Shown piece after piece: positions 29,874-38,591 of a stretch of DNA of 64,000 bases (within the stretch, counting starts at the first letter, position 1; each line of letters opens with the position of its first letter). Location: the IMG/VR virus record IMGVR_UViG_3300010389_000003, positions 39,984 to 103,983 of that record. The stretch is one strand, 5' to 3'. Below the pieces are notes generated by a model. That model worked only from the letters and a program-made list of their open reading frames with translations. It made no database searches and was not told the origin of the DNA. The stretch comes from a virus. A program made the translations under genes and the position numbers.

Positions 29874-30853
29874 TGATGAATGATAAAGTTTTAGTGGCAG
29901 GAGCCGGTGGCTTCATAGGTGGTCACTTAGTTAAACGACTTCTAGATGACGGTCACGAAGTCGTGGCCGTAGATGTTAAGCCATCACCCGCATGGTACCA
30001 ATATCACGAAAAAGCCATGAACATAACAATGCTGGATCTTAAGAAGAACGATCAGGCGGAGTTTGTTCACAAGATGGGTATAAACCGAGAGTTCATGCTC
30101 GCTGCTGATATGGGTGGCATGGGATATATCGACTCCCATAAGGTTAACTGCATGCTTAGCGTCCTGATTAGTGCCAACATGGTTCGACATGCGGCAAATT
30201 ATGATCTGGACAAGTATCTATACAGTTCTTCTGCATGCATCTATCCGGGTTACATGCAAGACGAACAGAATGTATTCCTTAGCGAAGCCGATGCCTACCC
30301 CGCAGACCCGGAACCCGGGTATGGTTTAGAGAAGCTTTTTTCTGAGGAACTAACCATCAACGTCGGTAAAGAATTTCCTATCAGTACTTATGTGCCTCGA
30401 TTGCATAATGTGTATGGACCTTATGGCACCTATGATGGTGGTAGGGAGAAGGCTCCAGCTGCTATCTGTCGAAAGGTCATCAAAGCCAAATTAAGCGGAG
30501 ATCATCGCATTAGTATTTGGGGTGATGGTCAGCAGACTCGCAGCTTCATGTATGTGGACGATTGCATTGAAGGATTCATGAGACTAATGGATTCAGATCT
30601 GCACGCTCCAGTTAATTTGGGCAGTGAACAGCTTGTCACCATCAATCACCTTGTTGATGCTGTGGAGGCTATTGCAGATATAGAATTGGAAAGAGAGTAT
30701 GACCTCAGTAAGCCACAAGGCGTTAGGGGTCGTTGTAGCGACAACACATTCATTAAGAGCAAACTTGGTTGGGCTCCCTCGATATCACTGGGTGATGGTC
30801 TGGAGCGGACCTACGGATGGATTTACGATCAAATGGTAAAGGATTACAAGTGA
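29870..30853 (+). CDS. NAD-dependent epimerase, GDP-mannose 3,5-epimerase-like
   Basis: GAGGFIG, LAADMGGMG, SSACIYP, YGLEK, GGREKAPAAICRK, WGDGQQTRSF, QGVRGR motifs. Confidence 0.88.
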   Translation: MMMNDKVLVAGAGGFIGGHLVKRLLDDGHEVVAVDVKPSPAWYQYHEKAMNITMLDLKKNDQAEFVHKMGINREFMLAADMGGMGYIDSHKVNCMLSVLISANMVRHAANYDLDKYLYSSSACIYPGYMQDEQNVFLSEADAYPADPEPGYGLEKLFSEELTINVGKEFPISTYVPRLHNVYGPYGTYDGGREKAPAAICRKVIKAKLSGDHRISIWGDGQQTRSFMYVDDCIEGFMRLMDSDLHAPVNLGSEQLVTINHLVDAVEAIADIELEREYDLSKPQGVRGRCSDNTFIKSKLGWAPSISLGDGLERTYGWIYDQMVKDYK

Positions 30854-31845
30854 TGAAAATAGTGAAGGGCAAGGGGCTATCTTTCGATGATGTCCTACTG
30901 ATTCCGCAATACTCGGAAGTCAGATCAAGAAAAGATGTGGATCTATCTGTCGAATTCGGCAGCATGAAGTTTCAGATACCCATTATGTCATCAAATATGG
31001 ATACCGTAACGGAAGTGGCCATGGCCAGAGCCATGAACAGTGCTGGCGGCGTGGGGGTTCTACATCGCAACATGCCTCTGGAACACAGATTCATGTACCC
31101 ATATGCAGGGGTTGCATTTGGAGTCAATGAGGATCTTGATTTTGTGATATCGGAAGCCAAAGATAGGGAAGCCAAGCTACTGGTGCTAGACATAGCACAT
31201 GGAGACTCCAAGCACGCCCTTGAGGCAATAAGCAAAGTCCGCGCTGGGATAGATGACGATGATTTGATTCTGGTTGGCGGCAATGTGGCTAGCCCTGAGG
31301 CGGTAACGCGTATGGCCGACGCTGGCGCAACTGCAGTCAAGGTGGGTATCGGTCCAGGCTCTGCGTGTACTACCCGTATCGCTACTGGTACCGGCATCCC
31401 TCAACTGACTGCCATATCAGAATGCGCATCAGCCGCAAGCTCGGTTGGTTTGCAGACTATTGCAGACGGTGGCATCAAAACAGCCGGGGATGTAGCCAAG
31501 GCTATTGCCGCTGGCGCTGATATGGTCATGCTAGGTGGAATGCTGGCGGGCACCAATGAAGCCCCCGGTGACATCATCGCTTATCAGGGTAAAAGCTATA
31601 AAGAGTATAGAGGAATGGCCTCCAAAGAAGCGGGCTCTGCCTACGCTGAAGGGATCTCTGGATTAGTTCCAGCGAGAGGTCCGGTTCGATTGGTACTAGA
31701 AGAGATATGCAATGGACTAGCGTCAGCATGTAGCTACTCGGGAGCATCGAACCTTATGGAGTTCAGAGAGAACGCCACGTTTATTGAGAGCCAACATGCA
31801 TCCACAGTAGTGCGCGAGTCTGCCCCCCATGATATAATTACATAA
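30853..31845 (+). CDS. IMP dehydrogenase/GMP reductase family, no CBS domains
   Basis: [40 protein letters not shown] motifs. Confidence 0.88.
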   Translation: MKIVKGKGLSFDDVLLIPQYSEVRSRKDVDLSVEFGSMKFQIPIMSSNMDTVTEVAMARAMNSAGGVGVLHRNMPLEHRFMYPYAGVAFGVNEDLDFVISEAKDREAKLLVLDIAHGDSKHALEAISKVRAGIDDDDLILVGGNVASPEAVTRMADAGATAVKVGIGPGSACTTRIATGTGIPQLTAISECASAASSVGLQTIADGGIKTAGDVAKAIAAGADMVMLGGMLAGTNEAPGDIIAYQGKSYKEYRGMASKEAGSAYAEGISGLVPARGPVRLVLEEICNGLASACSYSGASNLMEFRENATFIESQHASTVVRESAPHDIIT

Positions 31846-31865
31846 GCCTAGACTCAGGAGAGATC

Positions 31866-32492
31866 ATGTCTCAGAACGATGAGCGATATATTATCGCTGA
31901 CCTGTTATTTCAAACAAACAAGTCTTACGCTGAGATAGGAAAGGAGATAGGTAAGCACGAGACATACGTGATGGCCGTAGTTAAAGAACTTGGCTACGAC
32001 TGGGTACGTCGCAAGAGTCGTAAAATGTCACGCGGTGCATCTGCACTCACCCAGATCTTCAAGGAGCTGATACCAGGAGCTGAGATAGTGAATGAGTTCC
32101 ATGCGGGAGAAAGACTCATGCTTGATGTCTATTGCCCTAAATATAAGATAGGAGCGGAATATCATGGGCGTCAGCATTTCTATTTCAACACGATGTTCCA
32201 CAACTCCAATAAGGACTTTGTCGAAGGTCAAATGAGAGACGAGCGCAAGATAGAACTCTGCAAGGACCAAGGTATTGATCTCATCGTATTTAGGTATAAT
32301 GATGACCTAACGGAAGACATCGTATACAACCGCATAGTGGAGGCATTACGTGAATCACCGACCGTCGGTCAGCCCACAAAGAAGAAGATCAAACCAAAGT
32401 CTTCGTTCTACGAAGAACAGCAAAAGCGCAGAAGAGTCCACTGGCGTCGTCAGTACAAGAAGATGAAAGAGATCAAAAAGAATGTCAAATAA
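31866..32492 (+). CDS. HTH plus Vsr/DUF559-like endonuclease
   Basis: LDVY...IGAEYHGRQHF...RDERK..LC...GI.L; N-terminal HTH-like segment; TGATATAAT upstream at about 31830. Confidence 0.7.
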   Translation: MSQNDERYIIADLLFQTNKSYAEIGKEIGKHETYVMAVVKELGYDWVRRKSRKMSRGASALTQIFKELIPGAEIVNEFHAGERLMLDVYCPKYKIGAEYHGRQHFYFNTMFHNSNKDFVEGQMRDERKIELCKDQGIDLIVFRYNDDLTEDIVYNRIVEALRESPTVGQPTKKKIKPKSSFYEEQQKRRRVHWRRQYKKMKEIKKNVK

Positions 32493-33936
32493 CATAATGT
32501 CAGACGAGAAAGGACCACCTCTAGAGTATCAGGTCTTTGCTTTATGCTTCCAACAAGAGGGTGCGGTAGGGTACTTCCAGGATAACCTTGACCCACTGAT
32601 GGTTGGCGCCATACATGGGGAGACTGGCACAAACCAGTTCTATAGGGCCATAATCGACTTCTATTCTCAAACAGGTTTAGATCCAGTTGATCCAATTGCA
32701 TTTAGATCTTGGCTGGAGGATACGGACATTTTCTCGGCTCTCGGTGGAGAGGCTGCTGTTCGTGCGTTCATGGGCCTGATAATGAGTATCGATTCACTGC
32801 CAGAAAAGCACCAGGCACTGAAGATACTCCAGTTGCGTGGCAATAAGAGAAAGCAATTGAACAGCATTCAAGAGCTGCAGCAGATCATCAATAAGAAAGA
32901 GGCTAAGAATGATGATGATCGTATGCGTATCTCTCAACTTACTGATGACATTAGAGATCTGGAGAAGCAGTTAGACTTCAATCCACTGGATTATGTCACC
33001 ACGGGTACCCAGATGATCGACAATGTCGAGAACCTGTTGGATATCCCTAGTTTCGTCCCCACCCAGTTCAAAGAATTGAACAAGGTGATGGGCTATACTG
33101 ATGATGGTGGATTTTATAGGGGTGCAGTACATGCGATCCTTGCTGCCTCAGGCATGGGCAAGTCAACCTTCTGCAAGTCTTTATGTAACCACTGGTTGGA
33201 TACCGGCTATACAGTTTTGTATGTCAACTTTGAGGAAGCTCAATCCCATTGGGAGAGAATCCTCTTCACCCAAATTATCGGTGAGAATGTTTACAAATAT
33301 GCAGACTCGTGGAGTGAAGAAGAGAGAGAAAAGTGGACGACCCTCTTTAAGGCTAAGCTAGCACAGTGGGGCGATAGCCTTATGGTGCGGCATGATCCGG
33401 ACACGCCATACTTTGACGACCTCGAGCTTTGGTTCAAAGACGTTATGGGTCATAACGATGTGCTTCCAGACATTGTGGTAATCGATACAATTCAATCAAT
33501 GTTTACTAAGGGATCAGGAAAGCCCAGATGGGCAGAGTTTGAACAGATGATGGTTAGATTGGAGAAGCTCGCAAGAGATATGGACTGCGTGCTTATCATA
33601 ACTGCACAGCAGAATGCCAACGCCATTAAAGACAAGAGAGAAGTGATCAATCAGGGTGACACTGGCGGTTCTATTACCATCCAGCAGAAATCCTCTGTCA
33701 CGATGTTTATCACCCCGGTCGCAGAGGATGGAGATGAGACAATAGACCCCTCCATCATGCAGCTACAAATCCCTAAGAATAGGATCACCGGTGGGGCTTT
33801 CTCTATGAGTCCACCTATGGTAAAATATGATGATGACTCTAAGTCCTACTTACCCTACGACATGGTTGAATTTGCAGCTGATGGCTACGGTACTGGACAA
33901 AATTACGACTTCAGCAAGGGTGTAGAACGACTATGA
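32482..33936 (+). CDS. DnaB-like SF4 replicative helicase
   Basis: AASGMGKS Walker A, NFEE, VVIDTIQ Walker B, TAQQN, KNR motifs. Confidence 0.85.
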   Translation: MSNNIMSDEKGPPLEYQVFALCFQQEGAVGYFQDNLDPLMVGAIHGETGTNQFYRAIIDFYSQTGLDPVDPIAFRSWLEDTDIFSALGGEAAVRAFMGLIMSIDSLPEKHQALKILQLRGNKRKQLNSIQELQQIINKKEAKNDDDRMRISQLTDDIRDLEKQLDFNPLDYVTTGTQMIDNVENLLDIPSFVPTQFKELNKVMGYTDDGGFYRGAVHAILAASGMGKSTFCKSLCNHWLDTGYTVLYVNFEEAQSHWERILFTQIIGENVYKYADSWSEEEREKWTTLFKAKLAQWGDSLMVRHDPDTPYFDDLELWFKDVMGHNDVLPDIVVIDTIQSMFTKGSGKPRWAEFEQMMVRLEKLARDMDCVLIITAQQNANAIKDKREVINQGDTGGSITIQQKSSVTMFITPVAEDGDETIDPSIMQLQIPKNRITGGAFSMSPPMVKYDDDSKSYLPYDMVEFAADGYGTGQNYDFSKGVERL

Positions 33937-34748
33937 TAACACTGACAGCGGACAAGATAAAAGATTTTCAAACATGTGAGAAGTTCTATGATTATCGCCA
34001 TATTGAAGAGCGGCTGGAACCCATAACACATAGGGAAATCCTCTTGTCTCGCTTCGAGTTTGAGATGAAAAAGATACTTTCTTTCTTCTTCTACAAAAAG
34101 CAGGGTGGTAACACCCCATCCTACAATGCGCTCCTCAATCGTTGGCAGCGAAGCTGGTTTGATGGGGATACAACAGCATACGACCTTGCTGTAGCCCAAC
34201 AGGAACCGCACGTGGTCAACGAGACCAATCTTACGACAAGAGCGGCAAATGTTCTGCGCCATTTCTATAATGACTTTTCAGAAGTCAGCGCACAGCCAGT
34301 TCTGATAGATGAGGCGGTAGGGATTTCCGTGTCAGACGATGTAAGACTGCTTGGTTCATATGATGTGGCTCTTCGTAATCCAAAGAATGATGATCTTCTT
34401 ATCCTCAAGTGGGTGACGAGACAGAAGGGGGCGTGGAGCGGAAGCATTGACTACGCTATGGATTTTGCGTTGATTGATTATCTCTTCCGGGAAAAAAGTT
34501 CACTCGCCACTCGATGCACACCGAAGTACGCTATCTACGAACTAGGAAACACATCGAATAAGATGAAGTTCTTTGAAGTAGAGCCTCGACACACGGATGC
34601 ACTTCTGTTCTGGGCGGAACGTATTGGCAATACCGAAATATTTCCCCCGATCAGAGGGATGAGTGTCGCTTGCAAGAGCTGCCCATTCGATAAGCCGTGT
34701 TCTAAATTTAGTCAGTACAGTATACCGGAGCCAGAAGATGAATCATGA
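33933..34748 (+). CDS. PD-(D/E)XK RecB/Cas4-like protein, catalytic motif degenerate
   Basis: FQTC plus CKSCPFDKPC cysteines; GSYD retained but the D/E-x-K position reads KWV. Confidence 0.65.
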   Translation: MITLTADKIKDFQTCEKFYDYRHIEERLEPITHREILLSRFEFEMKKILSFFFYKKQGGNTPSYNALLNRWQRSWFDGDTTAYDLAVAQQEPHVVNETNLTTRAANVLRHFYNDFSEVSAQPVLIDEAVGISVSDDVRLLGSYDVALRNPKNDDLLILKWVTRQKGAWSGSIDYAMDFALIDYLFREKSSLATRCTPKYAIYELGNTSNKMKFFEVEPRHTDALLFWAERIGNTEIFPPIRGMSVACKSCPFDKPCSKFSQYSIPEPEDES

Positions 34749-35415
34749 CGACATGTTGGATGCCTTCTTAGCCGAAGAGCTGGAAGAGGAAACTGAAGTT
34801 AATCCAGTCTTTGATCTAATCAGTGATGAGCTGTCGTTAATAAAATCTCATGCCATTCAAGAGTTCGTGAAGGCAGTGCTGGGACGATCAAACATCCTAT
34901 GGTTTGTATCTGTTGCCCCAGAAGACAATGATGATCTCCAGAACCTATGGCCTTCAGACTGTTACAAACCTGGTGGCGAACTTCTCAATATCCGAAGAGT
35001 TGTCCGAGCTTGTGATGTGTTAGCCGAGAGTCATCAGCTTGATCAGGAAGATAGAGATATCCTTCTGGCCGCAGGGTTCGTTCATAGCATTACAAAGTAC
35101 TATACCGATGAAGACGGGGAACCGAAATACGACCCCATGCATCCCTACACTGTGGACTCTTACGTTGGAGCATTGAGAGAGGAAGAACAGACAACGGCTC
35201 TCGAGGGCAATCCACATACGGTCCTTTTGGCAGATGAAACGGTAATGCAGATACTGAGAGTCGTCAGATGCCAAAGAGGTCCTTGGTCTATCATTCCAGA
35301 GACACTTCCGGTGACGCTTTTGGAGATCTTGCTACACACAGCATATCAGTTTATGATCAATGTAGATTACATAGTCGATGGTGATAATGTTGTGGAGGAA
35401 CGATGGGAATTTTAG
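34738..35415 (+). CDS. HD-domain-like protein, degenerate
   Basis: PGGELLN, DILLAAGFVHSITK (HD reads HS), HP, RCQRGPW. Confidence 0.6.
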   Translation: MNHDDMLDAFLAEELEEETEVNPVFDLISDELSLIKSHAIQEFVKAVLGRSNILWFVSVAPEDNDDLQNLWPSDCYKPGGELLNIRRVVRACDVLAESHQLDQEDRDILLAAGFVHSITKYYTDEDGEPKYDPMHPYTVDSYVGALREEEQTTALEGNPHTVLLADETVMQILRVVRCQRGPWSIIPETLPVTLLEILLHTAYQFMINVDYIVDGDNVVEERWEF

Positions 35416-35564
35416 AGCGCAAATGGTTGATAGACAACTTCGATTCTATCTTAGGTGAGATGGAGTACCATAGGGAACACAGTAAGATGTTGAAGCTCAA
35501 ACGTGTTGTCTTGTGGAAACTGAACGATAAAGAGGGAAAGGCGAAACTTGAGACTTCCAAATGA
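35403..35564 (+). CDS. small hypothetical protein (53 aa)
   Basis: GGAGG RBS; MGILERKWLIDNF...; fills the gap before the primase; below the ORF-track cutoff. Confidence 0.6.
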   Translation: MGILERKWLIDNFDSILGEMEYHREHSKMLKLKRVVLWKLNDKEGKAKLETSK

Positions 35565-36765
35565 TAAATCCAAATACAGCAACAATTGGAAGTGGGTTGA
35601 GCTGGGTAGATATGATTCGAATGAAGATAGGGTATTCAGAATCACAGACCAGAAGACAAAGCGACCTATCACTGTTGAGTACCCTGAAGCGGAAAGCTTT
35701 GCTGACAAGCATCAAAGAAATGGAATCTATACCTCCGTATTCCATTACAACAATCCCGACTATGAAAAAGCAACCCGTCTTGGATCTCTGTACTTCGACC
35801 TTGACCATACAGATACAGAAAGATCTCTCAAAGATGCACAAACGTTGGCGGGATACCTATCAGAGTTCCTCGATGAGAGTCAGATAAGAATCTATTTTAC
35901 GGGCATGAAAGGGTTTCACATTGAGTGTGAAGCTTTAGCTATCGGTGTCGTGCCCAGTAACGATCTCCCTTCTATCTTTAGACTTATAGCCAATGACCTC
36001 AAGGATAAACTGGCATTGGAGACCATAGATTTTGCCGTCTATGATGTGCGTCGTATGTGGCGCCTACCCAATACCCGTCATCAAAAGACTGGCCTATATA
36101 AGGTTCATCTTTCCATCGATGACTTGAATTCGGGTTACGAAAACATTCTGGAAATAGCTAAAGAACCAGTAGAGTTTTATGTTCCAGAACAAGAGTTTTC
36201 CTATGCTGGTAATAGATGGTATAAGGAGTATGAGTACACATACGAGAAGTCGAAACTGAACCAGAACAATGTCGACGACATGATAGATCTGTTTCGTAAA
36301 AACGGAACCGCTGGTGTCAGAGTATCTGAACAGAAAGACTTCAACCCTGTGAATCTTTTCGATAACTGTAAGGCAATTCTAAGATTATGGGAAAAAGCAG
36401 AATCGACAGGGCATTTAGAGCATGAAGAAAGACTGTTTCTATGCAGCATTCTAACCTACACAGATGAGTCAATTGAATACCTGCATATGATTCTAGGCAA
36501 TTGTCATGATTACAATTACGAGAAGTCCTCTTCCCATATAGATGACTGGTTGGCGCGAAGAAGAATGGGTATTGGTGGAAGACCATATACCTGTCGTAGA
36601 GCCAATGAGGTGGGGGTGGGGTGCCTAGGATGTGAACTTACCCCAAAAAAGAAGTACTACAAAGTGAATGGCGTTCTTATAGAGTCTGAAGAATATAGTG
36701 ACCCATCTCCAATTAGATTTGCATACGGTAACAATGATTATAATAACTCAAAAAATAAAAGATAG
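35548..36765 (+). CDS. archaeo-eukaryotic-type primase with PriL-like Cys C-terminal domain
   Basis: YFDLD, FTGMKGFH, D.AVY..RRMWRLPNT motifs; C-terminal NCKAI..HLEHEER..PYTC..GC.GC. Confidence 0.82.
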   Translation: MRLPNDKSKYSNNWKWVELGRYDSNEDRVFRITDQKTKRPITVEYPEAESFADKHQRNGIYTSVFHYNNPDYEKATRLGSLYFDLDHTDTERSLKDAQTLAGYLSEFLDESQIRIYFTGMKGFHIECEALAIGVVPSNDLPSIFRLIANDLKDKLALETIDFAVYDVRRMWRLPNTRHQKTGLYKVHLSIDDLNSGYENILEIAKEPVEFYVPEQEFSYAGNRWYKEYEYTYEKSKLNQNNVDDMIDLFRKNGTAGVRVSEQKDFNPVNLFDNCKAILRLWEKAESTGHLEHEERLFLCSILTYTDESIEYLHMILGNCHDYNYEKSSSHIDDWLARRRMGIGGRPYTCRRANEVGVGCLGCELTPKKKYYKVNGVLIESEEYSDPSPIRFAYGNNDYNNSKNKR

Positions 36766-37468
36766 ATTTGAATCTAATTTAGATAAAACAGATACGTGTT
36801 GGATATGGCAACGTGCATGCAATACTGTCACCGGATATGCTGTTGTTAGTATTGAAAAAAAACAATATCAGGCACGCGATGTTGCGTATCATATATGGAA
36901 GAATGGTCTTCAAAGTTTTGAAACAACAAAGCTTGAGTGCGGTAATAGACGATGTGTTAATCCTGATCATATGAGTATTGTTTTAAAGAGAGGATCTAAA
37001 AACAAAAACAGAAAATTAGGAGAAGATAAATGGTGTCCTAGCTGTGATACATTTTTGCCCGTACAAAACTTCTCTGAGGATTCTCATAAGGCGGATGGGC
37101 TAAGGGTTTACTGTAAGGCCTGTAATGTCTTACGAGTTCAGAACTATCAATACGACAATGCACATTATAAAATGAGGTCTCGTGATAGTTATTTAAAATC
37201 AAAATATAATATCGGCTTAGAGCAATATAATAAGATACTAGATTCACAGAATGACACATGCGCCATATGTCAAAAGCCTGAACAGTGGACAAAGAGTTTG
37301 TGTGTAGACCATGATCACACATGCTGTGGGGGGTCCGGATCATGTGGGAATTGTATTAGGGGACTGCTTTGCTCTCGGTGTAATACTGTTTTGGGTCAAG
37401 TAGAAGATAATATCGATATTTTTATTTTTATGATTGAATATATACAAAAACACAAATTAAATAAATAA
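36614..37468 (+). mobile_element. free-standing homing endonuclease cassette carrying a replacement primase 3' end
   Basis: Removing 36614-37468 rejoins G|GT GTG GGA TGC in frame to the stranded C-terminus; the insert is visibly AT-rich. Confidence 0.8.
36734..37468 (+). CDS. homing endonuclease: degenerate HNH_3-like domain, Zn finger and endonuclease VII domain
   Basis: CWIW..GY..CVNPDH; CPSC..CKAC; CAIC..VDHDH..RGLLCSRCN..LG. Confidence 0.85.
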   Translation: MIIITQKIKDRFESNLDKTDTCWIWQRACNTVTGYAVVSIEKKQYQARDVAYHIWKNGLQSFETTKLECGNRRCVNPDHMSIVLKRGSKNKNRKLGEDKWCPSCDTFLPVQNFSEDSHKADGLRVYCKACNVLRVQNYQYDNAHYKMRSRDSYLKSKYNIGLEQYNKILDSQNDTCAICQKPEQWTKSLCVDHDHTCCGGSGSCGNCIRGLLCSRCNTVLGQVEDNIDIFIFMIEYIQKHKLNK

Positions 37469-37608
37469 GTGTGGGATGCGGCGATTGCAGTCTTGAACCT
37501 AAGAAAAAATGGGTAAAAGTAGGCGACATGTATGTCGAGTCAGATGAATTTACTGACCCTTCACCTATAAGGTTCGCATATGGTGGCGTTACTAGTAATA
37601 ACGAATAG
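37469..37608 (+). pseudogene. displaced original 3' end of the primase gene
   Basis: Encodes VGCGDCSLEPKKKWVKVGDMYVESDEFTDPSPIRFAYGGVTSNNE*; 24 of 38 aligned residues identical to the current primase C-terminus. Confidence 0.9.
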
Positions 37609-37626
37609 TATTATTAGGAGGCTATT

Positions 37627-37746
37627 ATGGCTAAAAAGACTGGTGTTTACGCCGGTGTCAAAACCGCAAAGCCAAATTTCGTCAGCGGAGACAAATCGGG
37701 CTCCGTGAAACAGCGCACGGCTAAAGGCCCAATGAAGGGCAAGTAA
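37627..37746 (+). CDS. tiny Lys/Gly-rich peptide (39 aa)
   Basis: AGGAGG RBS; MAKKTGVYAGVKTAKPNFVSGDKSGSVKQRTAKGPMKGK. Confidence 0.7.
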   Translation: MAKKTGVYAGVKTAKPNFVSGDKSGSVKQRTAKGPMKGK

Positions 37747-37748
37747 TC

Positions 37749-37808
37749 ATGTCTTATGCACCTTCGCGCAAAGTAAAAAAGAAGAAGAAAAAAGGGGATA
37801 AAAAATGA
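37749..37808 (+). CDS. tiny poly-Lys peptide (19 aa)
   Basis: MSYAPSRKVKKKKKKGDKK; starts 2 nt after the previous stop; ATGA overlap with the next gene. Confidence 0.5.
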   Translation: MSYAPSRKVKKKKKKGDKK

Positions 37809-37999
37809 CCATTGAGACCAGGCTCGTGACTCGCCGCGGCAAAAAGATCCAGGACAAGGGGCACGAACGTTATGCTCCGAAGTCAAGCTCAGCTAAACAA
37901 CCCGCACACGCTCCAATTCCGGAGAAGAAAGAGGCTAAGGTTGAAGCAGATACCGCTAAGGCTAAGAAGCAAACCAGCAAAAAGAAAAAAGCAGACTAA
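37805..37999 (+). CDS. small Lys/Ala-rich basic protein
   Basis: 64 aa; histone-H1-like composition. Confidence 0.65.
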   Translation: MTIETRLVTRRGKKIQDKGHERYAPKSSSAKQPAHAPIPEKKEAKVEADTAKAKKQTSKKKKAD

Positions 38000-38019
38000 A
38001 GACAAAAGGGAAGTAGACT

Positions 38020-38232
38020 ATGAGTGAAGAACTAGATCATAATATTGTAGGCATGTGTACAGAATGCAAGACCACCATTCCAACGACAACCATGGCCAAG
38101 AACATTTTTGCATCGGAGGGTGCCCCTCCAGTATGTAAGTATTGCGGTGGAGTTGTTGCGGTTATTGATCGGCGTGATGAGAAGTCTGTCAAGGTTCAAA
38201 TGGACGCGGCACGCAACCTCAATAGGGGCTGA
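38020..38232 (+). CDS. small zinc-ribbon protein
   Basis: CTEC...CKYC. Confidence 0.65.
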   Translation: MSEELDHNIVGMCTECKTTIPTTTMAKNIFASEGAPPVCKYCGGVVAVIDRRDEKSVKVQMDAARNLNRG

Positions 38233-38260
38233 GCCAGTCTAGTTCAAGGAACGGTGTGGT

Positions 38261-38554
38261 GTGGCTTTCAGCGATGAGATCTCAATGCACAATCAATCAC
38301 GGCTTGACGGTAACACGTTGATAACCACCACGCACGTATATCTAAATGGCGAATTGTATGATCCAGTTGAGGTCACATTTTCCTTACGTTATCGCGATGC
38401 CCTCACCCGAAGGACCTTCTTAACCCAAACGAAGAAAGACACTTCAGATGATGCCGTGACCAGGCTTTCTATTGGGCTATATGAGTACAGAGAGGACGTC
38501 TCCAATTACCTTACCGGTAAGTACGATGTGGTTTGTAGTGTATCCGATAGCTAA
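38261..38554 (+). CDS. hypothetical beta-rich protein
   Basis: 97-aa ORF. Confidence 0.55.
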   Translation: MAFSDEISMHNQSRLDGNTLITTTHVYLNGELYDPVEVTFSLRYRDALTRRTFLTQTKKDTSDDAVTRLSIGLYEYREDVSNYLTGKYDVVCSVSDS

Positions 38555-38558
38555 AATG

Positions 38559-38567
38559 TGATATAAT
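38559..38567 (+). promoter_or_regulatory. extended -10 promoter TGATATAAT
   Basis: Upstream of dnaE; identical motif at about 31830 and 44283. Confidence 0.6.
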
Positions 38568-38591
38568 CCTTGGACACTCTAAAGGATTTAT

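Noticed and set aside
36614-37468. Group I intron or intein in the primase
   Set aside because: The insert is entirely coding (replacement tail plus endonuclease), leaves no room for a ribozyme core, ends in A rather than G, and has no intein terminal motifs.
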